A stretch of 63,966 bases of DNA, the filler included, from Reticulomyxa filosa (Eukaryota > Protista > Foraminifera), in NCBI GenBank assembly GCA_000512085.1. It is 18 parts of 18 records of this genome, joined end to end, with 100 filler letters (N's around TTAATTAATTAA, not from the genome) between each part and the next. Parts side by side here need not be neighbours in the genome. Positions count along the whole stretch, not along the records: positions 27,097 to 36,733 come from ASPP01003295.1; positions 36,834 to 38,495 come from ASPP01014498.1; 16 more parts are not named here. One strand, given 5' to 3'. The translations under genes and the position numbers were made by a program. The notes under the pieces were generated by a model. The model did no database searches and was not told the origin of the DNA. It was given only the letters and a program-made list of their open reading frames with translations. Positions 27,135-38,429 of this stretch are shown here, piece by piece. Each line of letters opens with the position of its first letter. Position 1 is the stretch's first letter.

Positions 27135-28156
27135 AAAATCTCCTCGCGTTCAATTATGCAAATTCGATTCAAAAACAAGTACAAATGAAAGTACTGCGAG
27201 TGAACGAACAGACTCACAGTATGTCTTGAAAGAAAACTTAAAACGTTGTGAAGATTGCAACGAAGCGTTGAAAAAATGTTTGATGGGAATTCAATCAAAA
27301 CAATGGGACGAAGCTTTTGACTCAATGAACACAATTCGATCATTGGCATTATTTCATGCTGAAACCCTCGTCCCACATTTGGCTGAAATTTGTAGACATT
27401 TGCCAAAACAACTACACTCGTTGCGATCTTCCGTATCAAGACAAGCCTTGATCACTGTCACGGATTTGTTTGACACTTTACAGAAATCCATGGAACCGCA
27501 TTTAGATTCATTAGTTTCGAAAAATTTTTTTTTTTTATACGTTGTGGATTGTTTTTTTTGTGCATGCAGCAAAAATTATACTTTTTTTATTTCCTCACTC
27601 TTTCTTCAATTCCTTTAAACTACAACTACCTCTTTCTTTAATATAAAAGATGCCAGGTATGATAAAGCGCGCTGGCGAAATGAGTAACGAATTCTTGGGA
27701 GAAGAGGCCGACAAAGCGTTTTTAGCAATGATCCACAATATTTCGAGCAATCGATCGTTAAGTGTGTTGTTACAACAATCGAAGCATAAGTGTCCACCCG
27801 TTCGAGCCAAAGTGGCAATGTATTTAGAGAAATTGATTGAGGTCATAGGACCGCAAATATTTGAACATCGCGAATTTGAAAAATTAATAACGGTAATTGG
27901 AGACTTTGTGAATGAAGGGTCGATCAACATTCGCACACACACCAAACAAATTATTGCAAGATTATACTATTTGAGCCCTAAAGCCAAAAATCCAGCATTT
28001 TCCAAAGACTTCCTTGGAACCTTGAAAAAGTCATTGGCTTTCCAACAATACCAAAAAATCAGTCAAATCGTCCAACAATGCACTGAAGACAACACCCCGG
28101 ACACTACACAAACAAATGATCTTACAACTAATTGCAAAAACCAAAACGAGAGATAG
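27135..28156 (+). CDS. TOG/CLASP_N HEAT-repeat protein (TOGARAM/crescerin-like), 3' exons
   Basis: YVLKENL..CEDCNEALKKCL..IQSKQW; LHSLRSSVSRQAL; NEFLGEEADKAF; HKCPPVRAKVA. Confidence 0.85.
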
Positions 28157-28554
28157 CACCAACAGTAAACAAAAAAAATAATAATGATCTAAATGGTGCT
28201 CTTTCTCTATAAACTAGTCATTGCTAAAAAGAAGGTCTTAAGCAAAAGTCCACAGTTGAAAATTTTGCAATTGTAGTTCTACTTTTGTTGTTATTCATTG
28301 TAAGAAAAGAAAACATTCCCATCCAATTTTCAATTTGAAATTGTGTTCAATGTTTCATTTTACTAAATATATAAACTTCTTAAGTTTTTTGGCCATGTTA
28401 TTTATTCAAATGATGTAGATTAGATTGTTAAATCATTACTGCTTTTCATGTCACGAACTCCTGCTGTGAAAGGTGAAATACACCAAATAATTCGCATGTT
28501 TAGATATGCTAGTTTCAATAAACAGCAATCTATTGAATAAAAGCAACTCAAGGA

Positions 28555-28752
28555 TAGTAGGTACGACTAAGTGTAATACAAAAGGAAGCTTTGTCCAAAA
28601 ACAAAATTCCAGTAAAACGAAATGACAGAAATAATTTACAAAAGACAAGAAAGCAATGAAAGAAGAAAAGAAAAGAAGAAGTGTTGTTTATTGAGAGAGT
28701 TTAACCCACTGGGGGCTCCATAGTTCCTACATAGTAGGGCTTTCCGTGTGCA
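28555..28752 (-). mobile_element. Diverged solo-LTR-like copy related to 20222-20449; ends approximate
   Basis: Colinear blocks ctaagtgtaatacaaaagg, cagtaaaac, A/G-rich tract, agtttaaccca, gctcc..agttcc, agggctt. Confidence 0.6.
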
Positions 28753-29038
28753 AAAACAAAAAAAAATGATTATTTTTTAATATTCACAATACATTTTGGA
28801 AATTAATATTTTTAAATAAAGTTATAGTGATGGAAAAAGAATTGTGAACTGTGAAAATTTATTAATTCATGTTTTTTTCAATAAAATTAAATTTGTGTCT
28901 GTCTAGTTTACTTCCCTTTAGTTTTTGTATAGTAATAACTAAGTGAAGTTGTGATATCTGAAGTTAAAGCAAGCAAAAAAAAATTCGAAAGTGAGTGAAC
29001 TTTGCAACGTCAAACAAAATATTGGGATGATGTTGTGT

Positions 29039-30211
29039 TCAGACAACTTGTCTGACATTAAAATTGAGTCTGCTTTGCACAATGTACTTTTTCATCAACT
29101 CGATTTCCTGAGCATTTTCTTTGGTTTCTTTTTTCAAAGCATCCAAAGACGTGACCAACTCAGAGGGGCAAGTATCAGGAATTACTCTAGCAACAGCATG
29201 CAAAGCAAAGCGTGCACTCTTACTCATGACAAGGCAATCTCCAGACCGCAAATATAAAGCAACAGGGATATCCTCGTCGCCATCAGCAATTAGGAAAATG
29301 GCGGTACATCCCAAAGAAATGCTAACCAAAGGAGCGTTAATTTTTTCAGCAGCATCACGATGTCCCCCCATGGGTCGTTTTGTGTTGGCACAATAATAGT
29401 TGATGATGCTCGTTTGTGGGACCATAGCCAATGTATAAGGGGTACTATCATCGTTATCATCATCAGAATTTTCCTCGGAATTTTCCCGATCATTTTCTGC
29501 GTTCATTGTTTGCAAACAAGCGCAAATATCAGTGCACACGTCAATCATTGCTTGGGGGATAGGATGAGTCACCACATCGGTATTGTACTTGCGCAAAGTC
29601 CAATCGTACTGCACACCAACATTGGACCATGCCAAAGGCTCAAACAATGACAAGTCATTCGCGTCGACACACTTTTGCCACAAAGTAAATATTTTTTTTT
29701 CCTTCGCGATTTCGCCAGTTTTGTCGTTTTGTTTGTTTCCCCCTTCTTCCTTCTCCTCTTCTTTCTTCTCCAATTCGATCGTTGTTGTTACCAAAGACTG
29801 GTCGTTATTTGTCATGTTATTATATGGGGCTGTCGAAAATTCCTTCAAAGCCGTATGGACATAGTAGGCTTGCTCCGTACTGTTCAGATAGTTTGGGAAA
29901 ATGTATAACCCCGATATACTCGACCACTCATAAAAAGTCCCGCTTTTGTTACCCTTTGGACTTTTGTATGTGTGAGATCGGATCTTCGATTGATTGGGCT
30001 CTGTGTTTTGTTCAATGTTTCGAAAGTCGACCACATTCTTCAGCGTCTCTTTGTCCTTTTGTTCTTGGGTTGTTCTCGTTTTCTTCACTTTTGAAAATAT
30101 TGGTCGACGGTACACTTTTTCGTACTGTCCAAACACCGTATGCGTCCGGGGTTTGCTACCCATATTTGCACCTGAATTTGATTGTTCTTTTGAAGCTGTT
30201 TGTAGCATCAT
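29039..30211 (-). CDS. ALKBH1: AlkB-family Fe(II)/2-oxoglutarate dioxygenase, ALKBH1-like, intronless
   Basis: GLYIFPNYL, WSNVGVQYDW, IINYY, MGGHRD (HxD), PLVSISLGCTAIFL, LRSGD, HAV, RLNFNVRQV. Confidence 0.9.
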   Translation of the reverse strand: MMLQTASKEQSNSGANMGSKPRTHTVFGQYEKVYRRPIFSKVKKTRTTQEQKDKETLKNVVDFRNIEQNTEPNQSKIRSHTYKSPKGNKSGTFYEWSSISGLYIFPNYLNSTEQAYYVHTALKEFSTAPYNNMTNNDQSLVTTTIELEKKEEEKEEGGNKQNDKTGEIAKEKKIFTLWQKCVDANDLSLFEPLAWSNVGVQYDWTLRKYNTDVVTHPIPQAMIDVCTDICACLQTMNAENDRENSEENSDDDNDDSTPYTLAMVPQTSIINYYCANTKRPMGGHRDAAEKINAPLVSISLGCTAIFLIADGDEDIPVALYLRSGDCLVMSKSARFALHAVARVIPDTCPSELVTSLDALKKETKENAQEIELMKKYIVQSRLNFNVRQVV

Positions 30212-30601
30212 AGTTTCTTTCTATTGAGATTATACTGATAATATTTCCTTTGATTTTAATAAATAATTTCCTTGGGAGTTTTTTCCGTCGGCTTGAAAAG
30301 TTTTTTAAATGTGCGGCAATAAAGTAAATTTTGCAGTCTCTTGCTATTTTTCCTTTCTCATTTTTACAAAAAAAATTGTGATATACATACCAGACATTAA
30401 TGACCATCCTTTCTGCAAAACATAAAAAATGTTATCAATCTAATATTTACAAGGCCAATGTCTATAATCTAATTACCTTAATTTTTCTTCGGAAGTTTCC
30501 TTTAATATTAGTTTCTTTTTTTTTTTTTTTTTAGGTTGAGCGATTCAATTTTTTTCTATTGAACGAAAGACAATTGGGTTTGCTTATAAACAAAGGAAGG
30601 C

Positions 30602-31285
30602 ATGGCAATTTTACATTTGGAAACATGGGAAATGTATGTAGTGATTATAACTACTGGGCTATCTAACTTATGTATGTTACCGACGGTACTACGGGTGCTG
30701 AAGCGACATCCACCGTGTTTTGGAAGTATTGGAGTTTTTGGTCTGATAGTGAGTATGTGTTATCATGTAGCAGAAGCATTGCCAGATCAACAGTTGTTTG
30801 GACTAGACGAAGGTCAATGGCATCGTTTGGATAACATTGCCAGCATTGGTAGCTTCAACGCCGTATTTGTGTACATGTGCGACATACAAGATTCGCACAT
30901 GCGCGAGTTGTTACAATTGTTTCAAGTGTCTGTTGTTGTTGTCTTGCAAACGCACGCTCCTTGGGATTTGCGCTTTACTTTCTTTCCTTTACTTTTTCAT
31001 TTGGGCTTGTTTTTGTGCAAACGCTTTATTGCGGAAAAATTTTTCTTTCAGCAATCTATCCACCAAAAGGGCTGGAACAGATACAGTGTCAAAATGGCTC
31101 TGCTTTGGTTGATTCCTGCTTTGTTCTGTTTTGTGAAAGGCTTGGATGACCAACATGATTATCTGAGAATTTGGCATGGTTTGTGGCATGCTTTTATTGG
31201 AATTTCTTGTTATTATCAATGCGACATGCTGCAAAATGTACCTCTTGATTATGTCACTCACAAACACAGTTCACTCGAAGTGTAA
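30602..31285 (+). CDS. CREST-superfamily 7-TM protein (TMEM8/DUF3522-like putative lipid hydrolase), 227 aa
   Basis: SNL..LP in TM1, SMCYH (SxxYH), LD, and WHGLWH (HxxWH) motifs; about seven hydrophobic helices. Confidence 0.8.
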   Translation: MAILHLETWEMYVVIITTGLSNLCMLPTVLRVLKRHPPCFGSIGVFGLIVSMCYHVAEALPDQQLFGLDEGQWHRLDNIASIGSFNAVFVYMCDIQDSHMRELLQLFQVSVVVVLQTHAPWDLRFTFFPLLFHLGLFLCKRFIAEKFFFQQSIHQKGWNRYSVKMALLWLIPALFCFVKGLDDQHDYLRIWHGLWHAFIGISCYYQCDMLQNVPLDYVTHKHSSLEV

Positions 31286-32280
31286 AAAAAGATACTTTTT
31301 TTTCTCTTCTCACATGCAAGGACCATTTAAATATGGTACTTTATGATCTTAATACAAAACCACACAAATGTGTCACTGTTTCGAACCTAAAAAAAAAAAA
31401 ACGAGTTTACTTTCTAACAAGTAGAATTTGACTCATCAAAAATATACACACTCTGTAGAGAACCTGGAGCGGAAAAACACGTTTTAAGAAAGTAAGAAGG
31501 CGTTTTTGAAAACAACTTTGTATATTTGGAGTCATACTGACTCCATTGTGACGTAAATAGTCTCATTACAGCTCCTTGGTAAAAAAACAATAACAAAGAT
31601 ATCGTAGTGCCACGGAGAATACTTATTAATAAAAAAAAAAAAACCGACACGGTTTTATACACACGTTGTTGCACTTTATAGATCATGTACTATCCCTTAG
31701 AAAGGTGTAGAGGCCAGCAGCCAAAACGTAATACGAAAGGTTTGCTCTTTGAGCAAATTTCAATAGGACAAGCAACTAAATCGAGAAAAGGAAACAATAA
31801 AGGCAAAAATAAAAATAACCAAAAGCCATGGAAGGCGATCAAACAAGTTTTAGTAATAAAGGGGATTGTTTCCAAATGTCAGATGTTGCCTTAGTTGTAA
31901 AGAGTCAAATGTTTTGTAAACACACGAATGCTCTTGCTTCATAACAATAAATGGTGTTGTAAAAAAAAAATAGAGCAACAGCTTATTTACTATTTGCTCT
32001 TGAATAAATAAGAAATGCGTATTCGAGTATTAGGCCAATGCCTTCACAAAAACATAAAACAAAAAAAGTATATAGAAACATAAGATAATAACAATAATAC
32101 AAGCTTGATGACCATATTCATACATTTTACATTTGTTCCTTTTTTTTTGAGCTTTTTTATACTTTGGAAAGACTATAGCTCTAAACATTTTAAAAATGCG
32201 AGATGGAAATGGATTTATTCATTTCCAAATTCACTTTGGTTTTTTGGAAAATTGATACTTTTTGTTTTGGTTCGTTTGCT

Positions 32281-33063
32281 TTATTTAGGAGTAAAAGATG
32301 GTAAGAAAGAGGACATATTCATTGGTAGATGAGACGGCGGTATTATGGATGAGTGTTGAGAAAGAGATGAAACATGGGATTGGGATGAACGTGAATGACG
32401 TGACAAGTCATGAACAAAATTGTTTTGTAATTCTTGAATACAATGATCAACTAATTCTAAAAAATGACTTTGATTTTGTGTTGATTGCGAACATAAATGA
32501 AATGAATTGGAAAATAGATCATAATGTTTTGATAACAATTGTTGTAGCATATCCATTTTTTGTGTATTGATTACAATTTCATTATTTATCATTTGTTGCC
32601 ATTGATTCATTTTCATAATTTTATTGTCCAATTTTTCATGATATTGTTGTCCAATGTTCCATAATTGTTTGATATTCCCACATACTTGTTGTTTTTTCAT
32701 TTCAATTAATTTTCGTTTTTGTTGTAAATTTTTTTTATTTTTTAAATATTCCATTCTTTTCAATTTTACCATTTTTTCAAAATTTTGTTTGTAATCCTCT
32801 TGCTCTTCATTCCACATTTTTTCTTCATTGTAATCATTAGTTTCTTCTTCTTTTTTTATCGGTTTCAGAAGATTGTTTTCTTGTCCTATTTGTTCGTTTT
32901 CTTCATTTGTTTCTTTTTCATCTGATAGCAGCGTCGAACCCTTTTTTTTTATGGCGGTAGTCGAGTCCAAGGGCTCCACTAATTTCTGTAAGAGTAGCAG
33001 ATTATCTTGTAAATGTTGCAAATTTGTAGCAATCCCTGAGGATGAGTCTAAATTCCATGACAT
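32281..33063 (-). CDS. Hypothetical coiled-coil protein, 260 aa
   Basis: Long uninterrupted ORF rich in E/K/Q/N. Confidence 0.55.
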   Translation of the reverse strand: MSWNLDSSSGIATNLQHLQDNLLLLQKLVEPLDSTTAIKKKGSTLLSDEKETNEENEQIGQENNLLKPIKKEEETNDYNEEKMWNEEQEDYKQNFEKMVKLKRMEYLKNKKNLQQKRKLIEMKKQQVCGNIKQLWNIGQQYHEKLDNKIMKMNQWQQMINNEIVINTQKMDMLQQLLSKHYDLFSNSFHLCSQSTQNQSHFLELVDHCIQELQNNFVHDLSRHSRSSQSHVSSLSQHSSIIPPSHLPMNMSSFLPSFTPK

Positions 33064-33479
33064 GTTTTAAAAATAAATTAGGGTCCCTGACTGATTTTTT
33101 GGTAGCGCAAACCAATGTACTGCCTAATGCACGATATTTTATGTTGAACGTGCAGTATTTTGTATTTAAATTTAAAAAGATAAGTTTTTCTGGCTTAATT
33201 TTGTATACAGTTATTTATTTTTTGAAAGTCGAGACGTAGAAGTGACAAGTACCAATCGTGTGTTTCCTAACCAATTAATTTATATTTTAAAATGTATATT
33301 TTTCAATAAAAACAAAAAGGTGGTATTTTTATTTTAGTGCAAGAGATCAAGTCGTTGTGAAATATTTATTTTGATTGTGTTTCACTTCCAAAACTGATCA
33401 CAAATTTTTGTTAAAGAAAATTTAGCAAATAATTTCAGTTTTTTACAAAAATGTTGCATCCTTTTGGAAATGAAACATC

Positions 33480-35993
33480 TCACAAACAATAAAGAATGAT
33501 ATCAACTGTTAAACCTCTTGCACTATTTTCAATTTTGCAATTGCAGATAGTGTTTTTTTTGTGAGTGGCTCCAAATTTTCCATGAAGAGTGAAAATAGCA
33601 TTTTCGTAATTTTCAATAGCTTTGCTTTTATTTCCAGTTTTTTCATAAGCAATGCCCAAACTCTTGTATGAATCACCAAGTTCAACATTCGGATCACTTA
33701 TATTCAAACATTTACGAATAATTCTCAGTCCCTTTTCATGATAAGATATTGCCTTTTCAAAGTCTCCTTTCTTTCAAAGTATAAATCCAATACAATGATA
33801 AGAACAACCAAGATCTTCATCTAAGCAATTCGAAATATCAACTTTTTCAGAATTTTCAGAATCCTCAAGACCTTCAGAAGAATAATCTGAATAATCTGAA
33901 TAATCTGAATACTTATCCTCCAAGAATTTTGTTCTTAGATCCAATGCTTTTTCGTGAAATTCTAATGCCTTATCATACAATTTTTGGCGCTGATATATAC
34001 ATCCAATTTTATAATAAACTAATGCAAGGTCTGAATTCACATTACTAAATTCTTTCAAGTAGATCTCCAAACATTTTTCCATACATTCTCTTTCCTTTTC
34101 AAATTGATTTTTAAAATAATAGTTAAAACCTAGCATAGCATACAAATTTCCAACGTATATGTCATCGACATCAAACGAACTAAGCCAAATAGATAATGAC
34201 TTTTCCAAATAAGAAATAGATTTGTCATACTGTCTCAATTCAAAATAAACAGCACCCAAATGAAAGAGACAGTCTCTCAAACTGGCATTGTCTATTTCCA
34301 ATTGCTTTGAGTAAAATTCAAATTGTTTTTCAAGATAATAAGCCGCTTTTTCATATTCTTTATCTTCCTTATAAGATAAACCTAAATTTCCATACAAAGT
34401 AATAAGTGTGGTATCACTGGGTTTAGGATCCATATTTGGATTTTGTTCCATTAAAAAGATTGCATAAAGTGAATATCCTCTTTCTAATTGATGATCGTCA
34501 TATACTTCGAATGCTAACTCACAAATCTGATTGAAATCGGCAGGCAAAGCGATAGTAATAATGGGTTCATTGCATATACAATCGATCTCTGCCATTGTGA
34601 AAAATGCATGATTGGTAATATAAGCATTGCTGCATGTAAGATTGCAATGAATTACATACACACATCCATAAATTCAAATTGAACGCTTTTGCAATGGAAC
34701 AGGGCAATGGCAAAAGCACCAACAACATGTTTTTGTTTCATTGGATTTTGTTCTCATTTCATCTCCATCTCCATTGATTCATCTACATCTATTTTCCAAG
34801 TCCAGCCTTTAGGATTCGCCAATACCTCATCTAAATTGCTTGCCACCACAATTATTCCACTCTGCTTTTACTTTTCCATTTCTGCCATCATTGCTTCTGC
34901 TTTTTTAATAGCATTCATCCAAATTGGATCTGTATTTTCAATATAACCATACAAAAAGTGTTGATGAGCTCCAATGTAAATATCTTTGCTACAAGGAGAA
35001 CAAGTCTTGATTAATTGTTGTCCATTTTCATTCATAAATTTATCCTCAATTGTATAATTCATATATTCAATCATTGATTTGAGAGAAAGTGGATGATCTT
35101 TATCTTCATTCAATTGTTCACAAAACAATTTTGTAAATATAGAGCCAGTATTTCCAGTGGGATCGTCATTGACTAAATTTGTGGTAATAAAAAACGTATT
35201 CGATCTGATAAGTTTATTCCATGAAAGATTTCCATCCATTTTCATTTCACATGATGTTTTTGACTCTATGCAATTCTGAATAATTACTTTGGGTTTTTTT
35301 ATAGATTTCAATATATTTGCAACTTCATTCCAATGTTTGCATTTTCCATCATTAGTTATTAATGTACCTGCTTGGTCATTTCCATAACCACACCAAATAA
35401 ATATCAAACTATCATATTCTAAAGTGAAGTGATATTTCTTTTTTTTAATCTTTTTGGAAGCATTGATAAGAGTTTCGTTTAATCGATCCAATGTTAATAA
35501 TTCACTTGCATAATCACCATCATCAAATGTTGACATTACTGTACATTCATATCTTTTTTCAAGTAATTGCTTCAGTTTTAATATATCACGTTTCACATTA
35601 TTTAACTTTTTATCATTTTTCTCACATCTTATTGTTCCAGCTAATAATATTAATGGCGTCATAATTACATAATTTTGTTGAGTGTTTATTTGATCTTTTT
35701 TTTTTTATATACTTCTTTGGCTTTAATCGTATATTAAAATGTGCTGGCGCATTTTTATACACACGTTCAACGTCTTCGTCTTTTTCAATTCGCACATTGT
35801 TTTTATCTGTAATTATAAACTCTGGTTGTTGATTATCTTCACTATCACTCTCGCTTTCACCGTCACTTGCGTTTTTTCTTTTTGTTGAAAACCAAAGTCT
35901 TCGCACAGTTGCTGACAAATTTTCCATTGTTAATGTCGACAAGGTTAGTTCAAAATTTTTCTTTTCTTTTTCAATAGATACCGTTGCTTTCAA
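33480..35993 (-). pseudogene. PB1-like + caspase-like (C14 fold, altered active site) + TPR-array gene, broken by stops and frameshifts
   Basis: KLNNVKRDILKLKQLLE, YDSLIFIWCGYG, KPKVIIQNC; TPRs YGNLGLSY, LFHLGAVY, YYKIGCIY, SYKSLGIAY; in-frame TAA at 34868 and TGA at 33774; frameshifts near 35690, 34670 and 33560. Confidence 0.8.
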
Positions 35994-36333
35994 ACTTTTT
36001 TAAACTAGTTCAATAAATTATTGTTTTATTCTTCAGCCTAACAAATGAAGAAAATTCAATCGTTTACTGCCATTGTTTGCAATTCAAGAAAGTTATTCTT
36101 TCAACACGTATTTATTTTGTGAAACCAATACTGAAACAATGTGATTTGAATAGGATTTTTTCACTATTTTTGAAAAGAAATAAGAAATTTTTATCCAATG
36201 TAAATCTCATTCAGTCTTTAGTTATTTTACTTGAGAAACAAAGTGTAAAATTGTCCACATCAAATTTTTACAGAATTACAAGCAAAAATGCTAAAAATAA
36301 ATCTTATTCATATAATAGAAAAACAAAAAAACA

Positions 36334-36733
36334 TCAAAATATTCCACCACGTTGTTTCACAAGTAATTCTTGTTGATCTTCCAAACCCTTTATGTCCTTC
36401 CAAATGCTGCCTTTCATTGATAAACCACTTTGAATACCTGCTCTCCAAATATAATCTATCACATTAGTCTCAGTTACATTAGTAATTTTATCATTATCAC
36501 TACCCCACAACCAAAGTGTTTTGTCATCAGAACATGACACTAGTTTTGAACTATCAGGTGACAAGTCGATGCAATTAATACCTCCATTATGTCCTTCCAA
36601 TATTTGAAGTTGTCTTCCTGAAGACACATCCCATATTCGAATAGTTTTGTCCTTTGAATATGAAATAATTTTCGAACCATCCGATGAAAATTTTATTCCC
36701 CATATACAATCAGAATGTCCTTGCAATATTTGA
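36334..36733 (-). CDS. C-terminus of a WD40-repeat protein with a NACHT-WD40-type tail
   Basis: GHSDCIWGIKFSSDGSKIISYSKDKTIRIWD repeats; tail GLSMKGSIWKDIKGLEDQQELLVKQRGG. Confidence 0.88.
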
Positions 36734-36835
36734 NNNNNNNNNNNNNNNNNNNNNNNNNNNNNNNNNNNNNNNNNNNNTTAATTAATTAANNNNNNNNNNN
36801 NNNNNNNNNNNNNNNNNNNNNNNNNNNNNNNNNCC

Positions 36836-36874
<39 letters not shown>

Positions 36875-37067
36875 ATACGTATAACATATATGTATGTACA
36901 TATATTTTGAAGTATACGTATAACCGTGTACATGCTTGATATATTACGTATACGTAAGAGAACGTTTGTGATGTACATGCATATAAATATATACATATAT
37001 CTCACTCTTTCTTTTTTTTTAACGCCTCATTTTTAAAAAAAAAATAAATAAATAAAAATAAAATACC

Positions 37068-37486
37068 TGAGCGGTTTGGTTACGATATAGAGCCTCGATG
37101 GAATTGCTTGAAAATACATATGCGGCGAAAATGCCGACGACCAACGTCAGGGCGACTTGAGCTCGAACTCCCAATGTCAGTGCTCGACTGGACGCTTTGT
37201 GAAATGTCCGTGCGTACGTATGTGTATGCATCGTAGTGTTGTTTCCGCGAAATACACACAACATAAATATGTACATACGGTTTTCGTAGTGGGTGCTTAT
37301 GACAGCCTCCAAAATAAACTCCATTGTCGCGTAACACAAGGTAAGCAAACGATACCGGATTTTCTCAATATCAGTCAATCTCGACACACAAAACTGCTGT
37401 ATTGAGAATATCCACAAGAAACATGACCAGCATAAACCAGTCAAATAGACACCTGCTGGTACTTTTGGTGTTATAATTTTTGTCAT
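37068..37486 (-). CDS. N-terminal exons of a second multi-pass membrane protein, paralogue of 23575-23997; truncated by contig end
   Basis: Shared P.VPA..LTGL.W..FLW.F..QQFC, YAT.E.I.EAVIS.HYE.R, LTLG.RAQVA, SIEALYR.QT.Q. Confidence 0.75.
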
Positions 37487-37959
37487 GCTAATTTAGCCAA
37501 CTAATCCAACATCGTTCTCCGAAGCAAGGGGAGAAATAAGCAAAAAAACGCTCTGGTTCTCTGTCAGTTTTAAACTAACGGAAACGCTTATCTAATTGAG
37601 TTATACTCTCTTTTTTGCTATTGTTTTCAATACTGTTCTAATTTTGATGTTTCATTATCTTTTTGGAAGATTTGAACATCTTTCTCATCGATCTGCAAAA
37701 AGTGATCCTTATTTGGATTTGAAATCGATCCATAAACAATTGCTTCTAAATTTTAGTTTTTCATTTTTGTGCGACATTACCACATGTTTTAACTCTTTAA
37801 AGTCGACAATCTACATAATTACAACTTTGAAATGTTCTTTTCTGCTAGACAAGCACGGCCAAAGCGCTGCAACCTGAGTTTTTTCCGCTTTGTTTCCGTG
37901 TTCAAAAAAAAAGCTCAAAATGGGTACAAAAAGTAATTTTGAAGTAGAAAAATTAGAAT

Positions 37960-38429
37960 ATGAAACAAGTGCTGGGTCAACTTCGAGCAGCTAGGTTCAT
38001 AGTTATGATTGAGTTGGCCTTGTAATTGTGTTTACATTTTAGTGTTTTGTGTGTGGCTTCGCTTGCAATGTGTACTTTGTTGTGTAATTACGAAATGCCA
38101 GGGACTTGGCGTTCGTTGCTCGACCAAGTTTACAAACTTGGCGAGAATGGACGCGAAAATGCATAGACACACGTTGCGACACGAGACAATGTTTCAAAGG
38201 CACAACAAAACATTTGAGCCGCATTCATTCTTTAATATGAGTTCAATTCAAACTTACATCTATCTATTTTTAAGTGTTGCTTGCTCGAAAAAGTTTCAAA
38301 AAAAAAAAAAAAAAATGTGACCAAAAAAACAGGAATGCGATATTTTGCGTCAGCCGGCACCGAGGACGTTGTGGTTCCAAATTTGGGGGACTCTGTTCCA
38401 GAAGGAACCATCCGCAGCATTAATAAAAG
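37960..38429 (+). CDS. 5' part of a mitochondrial 2-oxoacid dehydrogenase E2 (dihydrolipoamide succinyltransferase-like): transit peptide and start of the lipoyl domain
   Basis: Exon ~38333-38428 reads MRYFASAGTEDVVVPNLGDSVPEGTI; upstream exon structure uncertain. Confidence 0.7.

Noticed and set aside
33774-34870. Stop-codon reassignment or readthrough suggested by in-frame TAA and TGA
   Set aside because: Frameshifts occur in the same genes, all three stop types appear, and conserved genes (AlkB, CHD, TIM17) read normally with the standard code. Pseudogenisation is simpler.
36334-37486. Fusion of the TM protein with the WD40 tail across the spacer
   Set aside because: Nothing shows these contigs are adjacent. 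This also warns that spacer neighbours need not be genomic neighbours.
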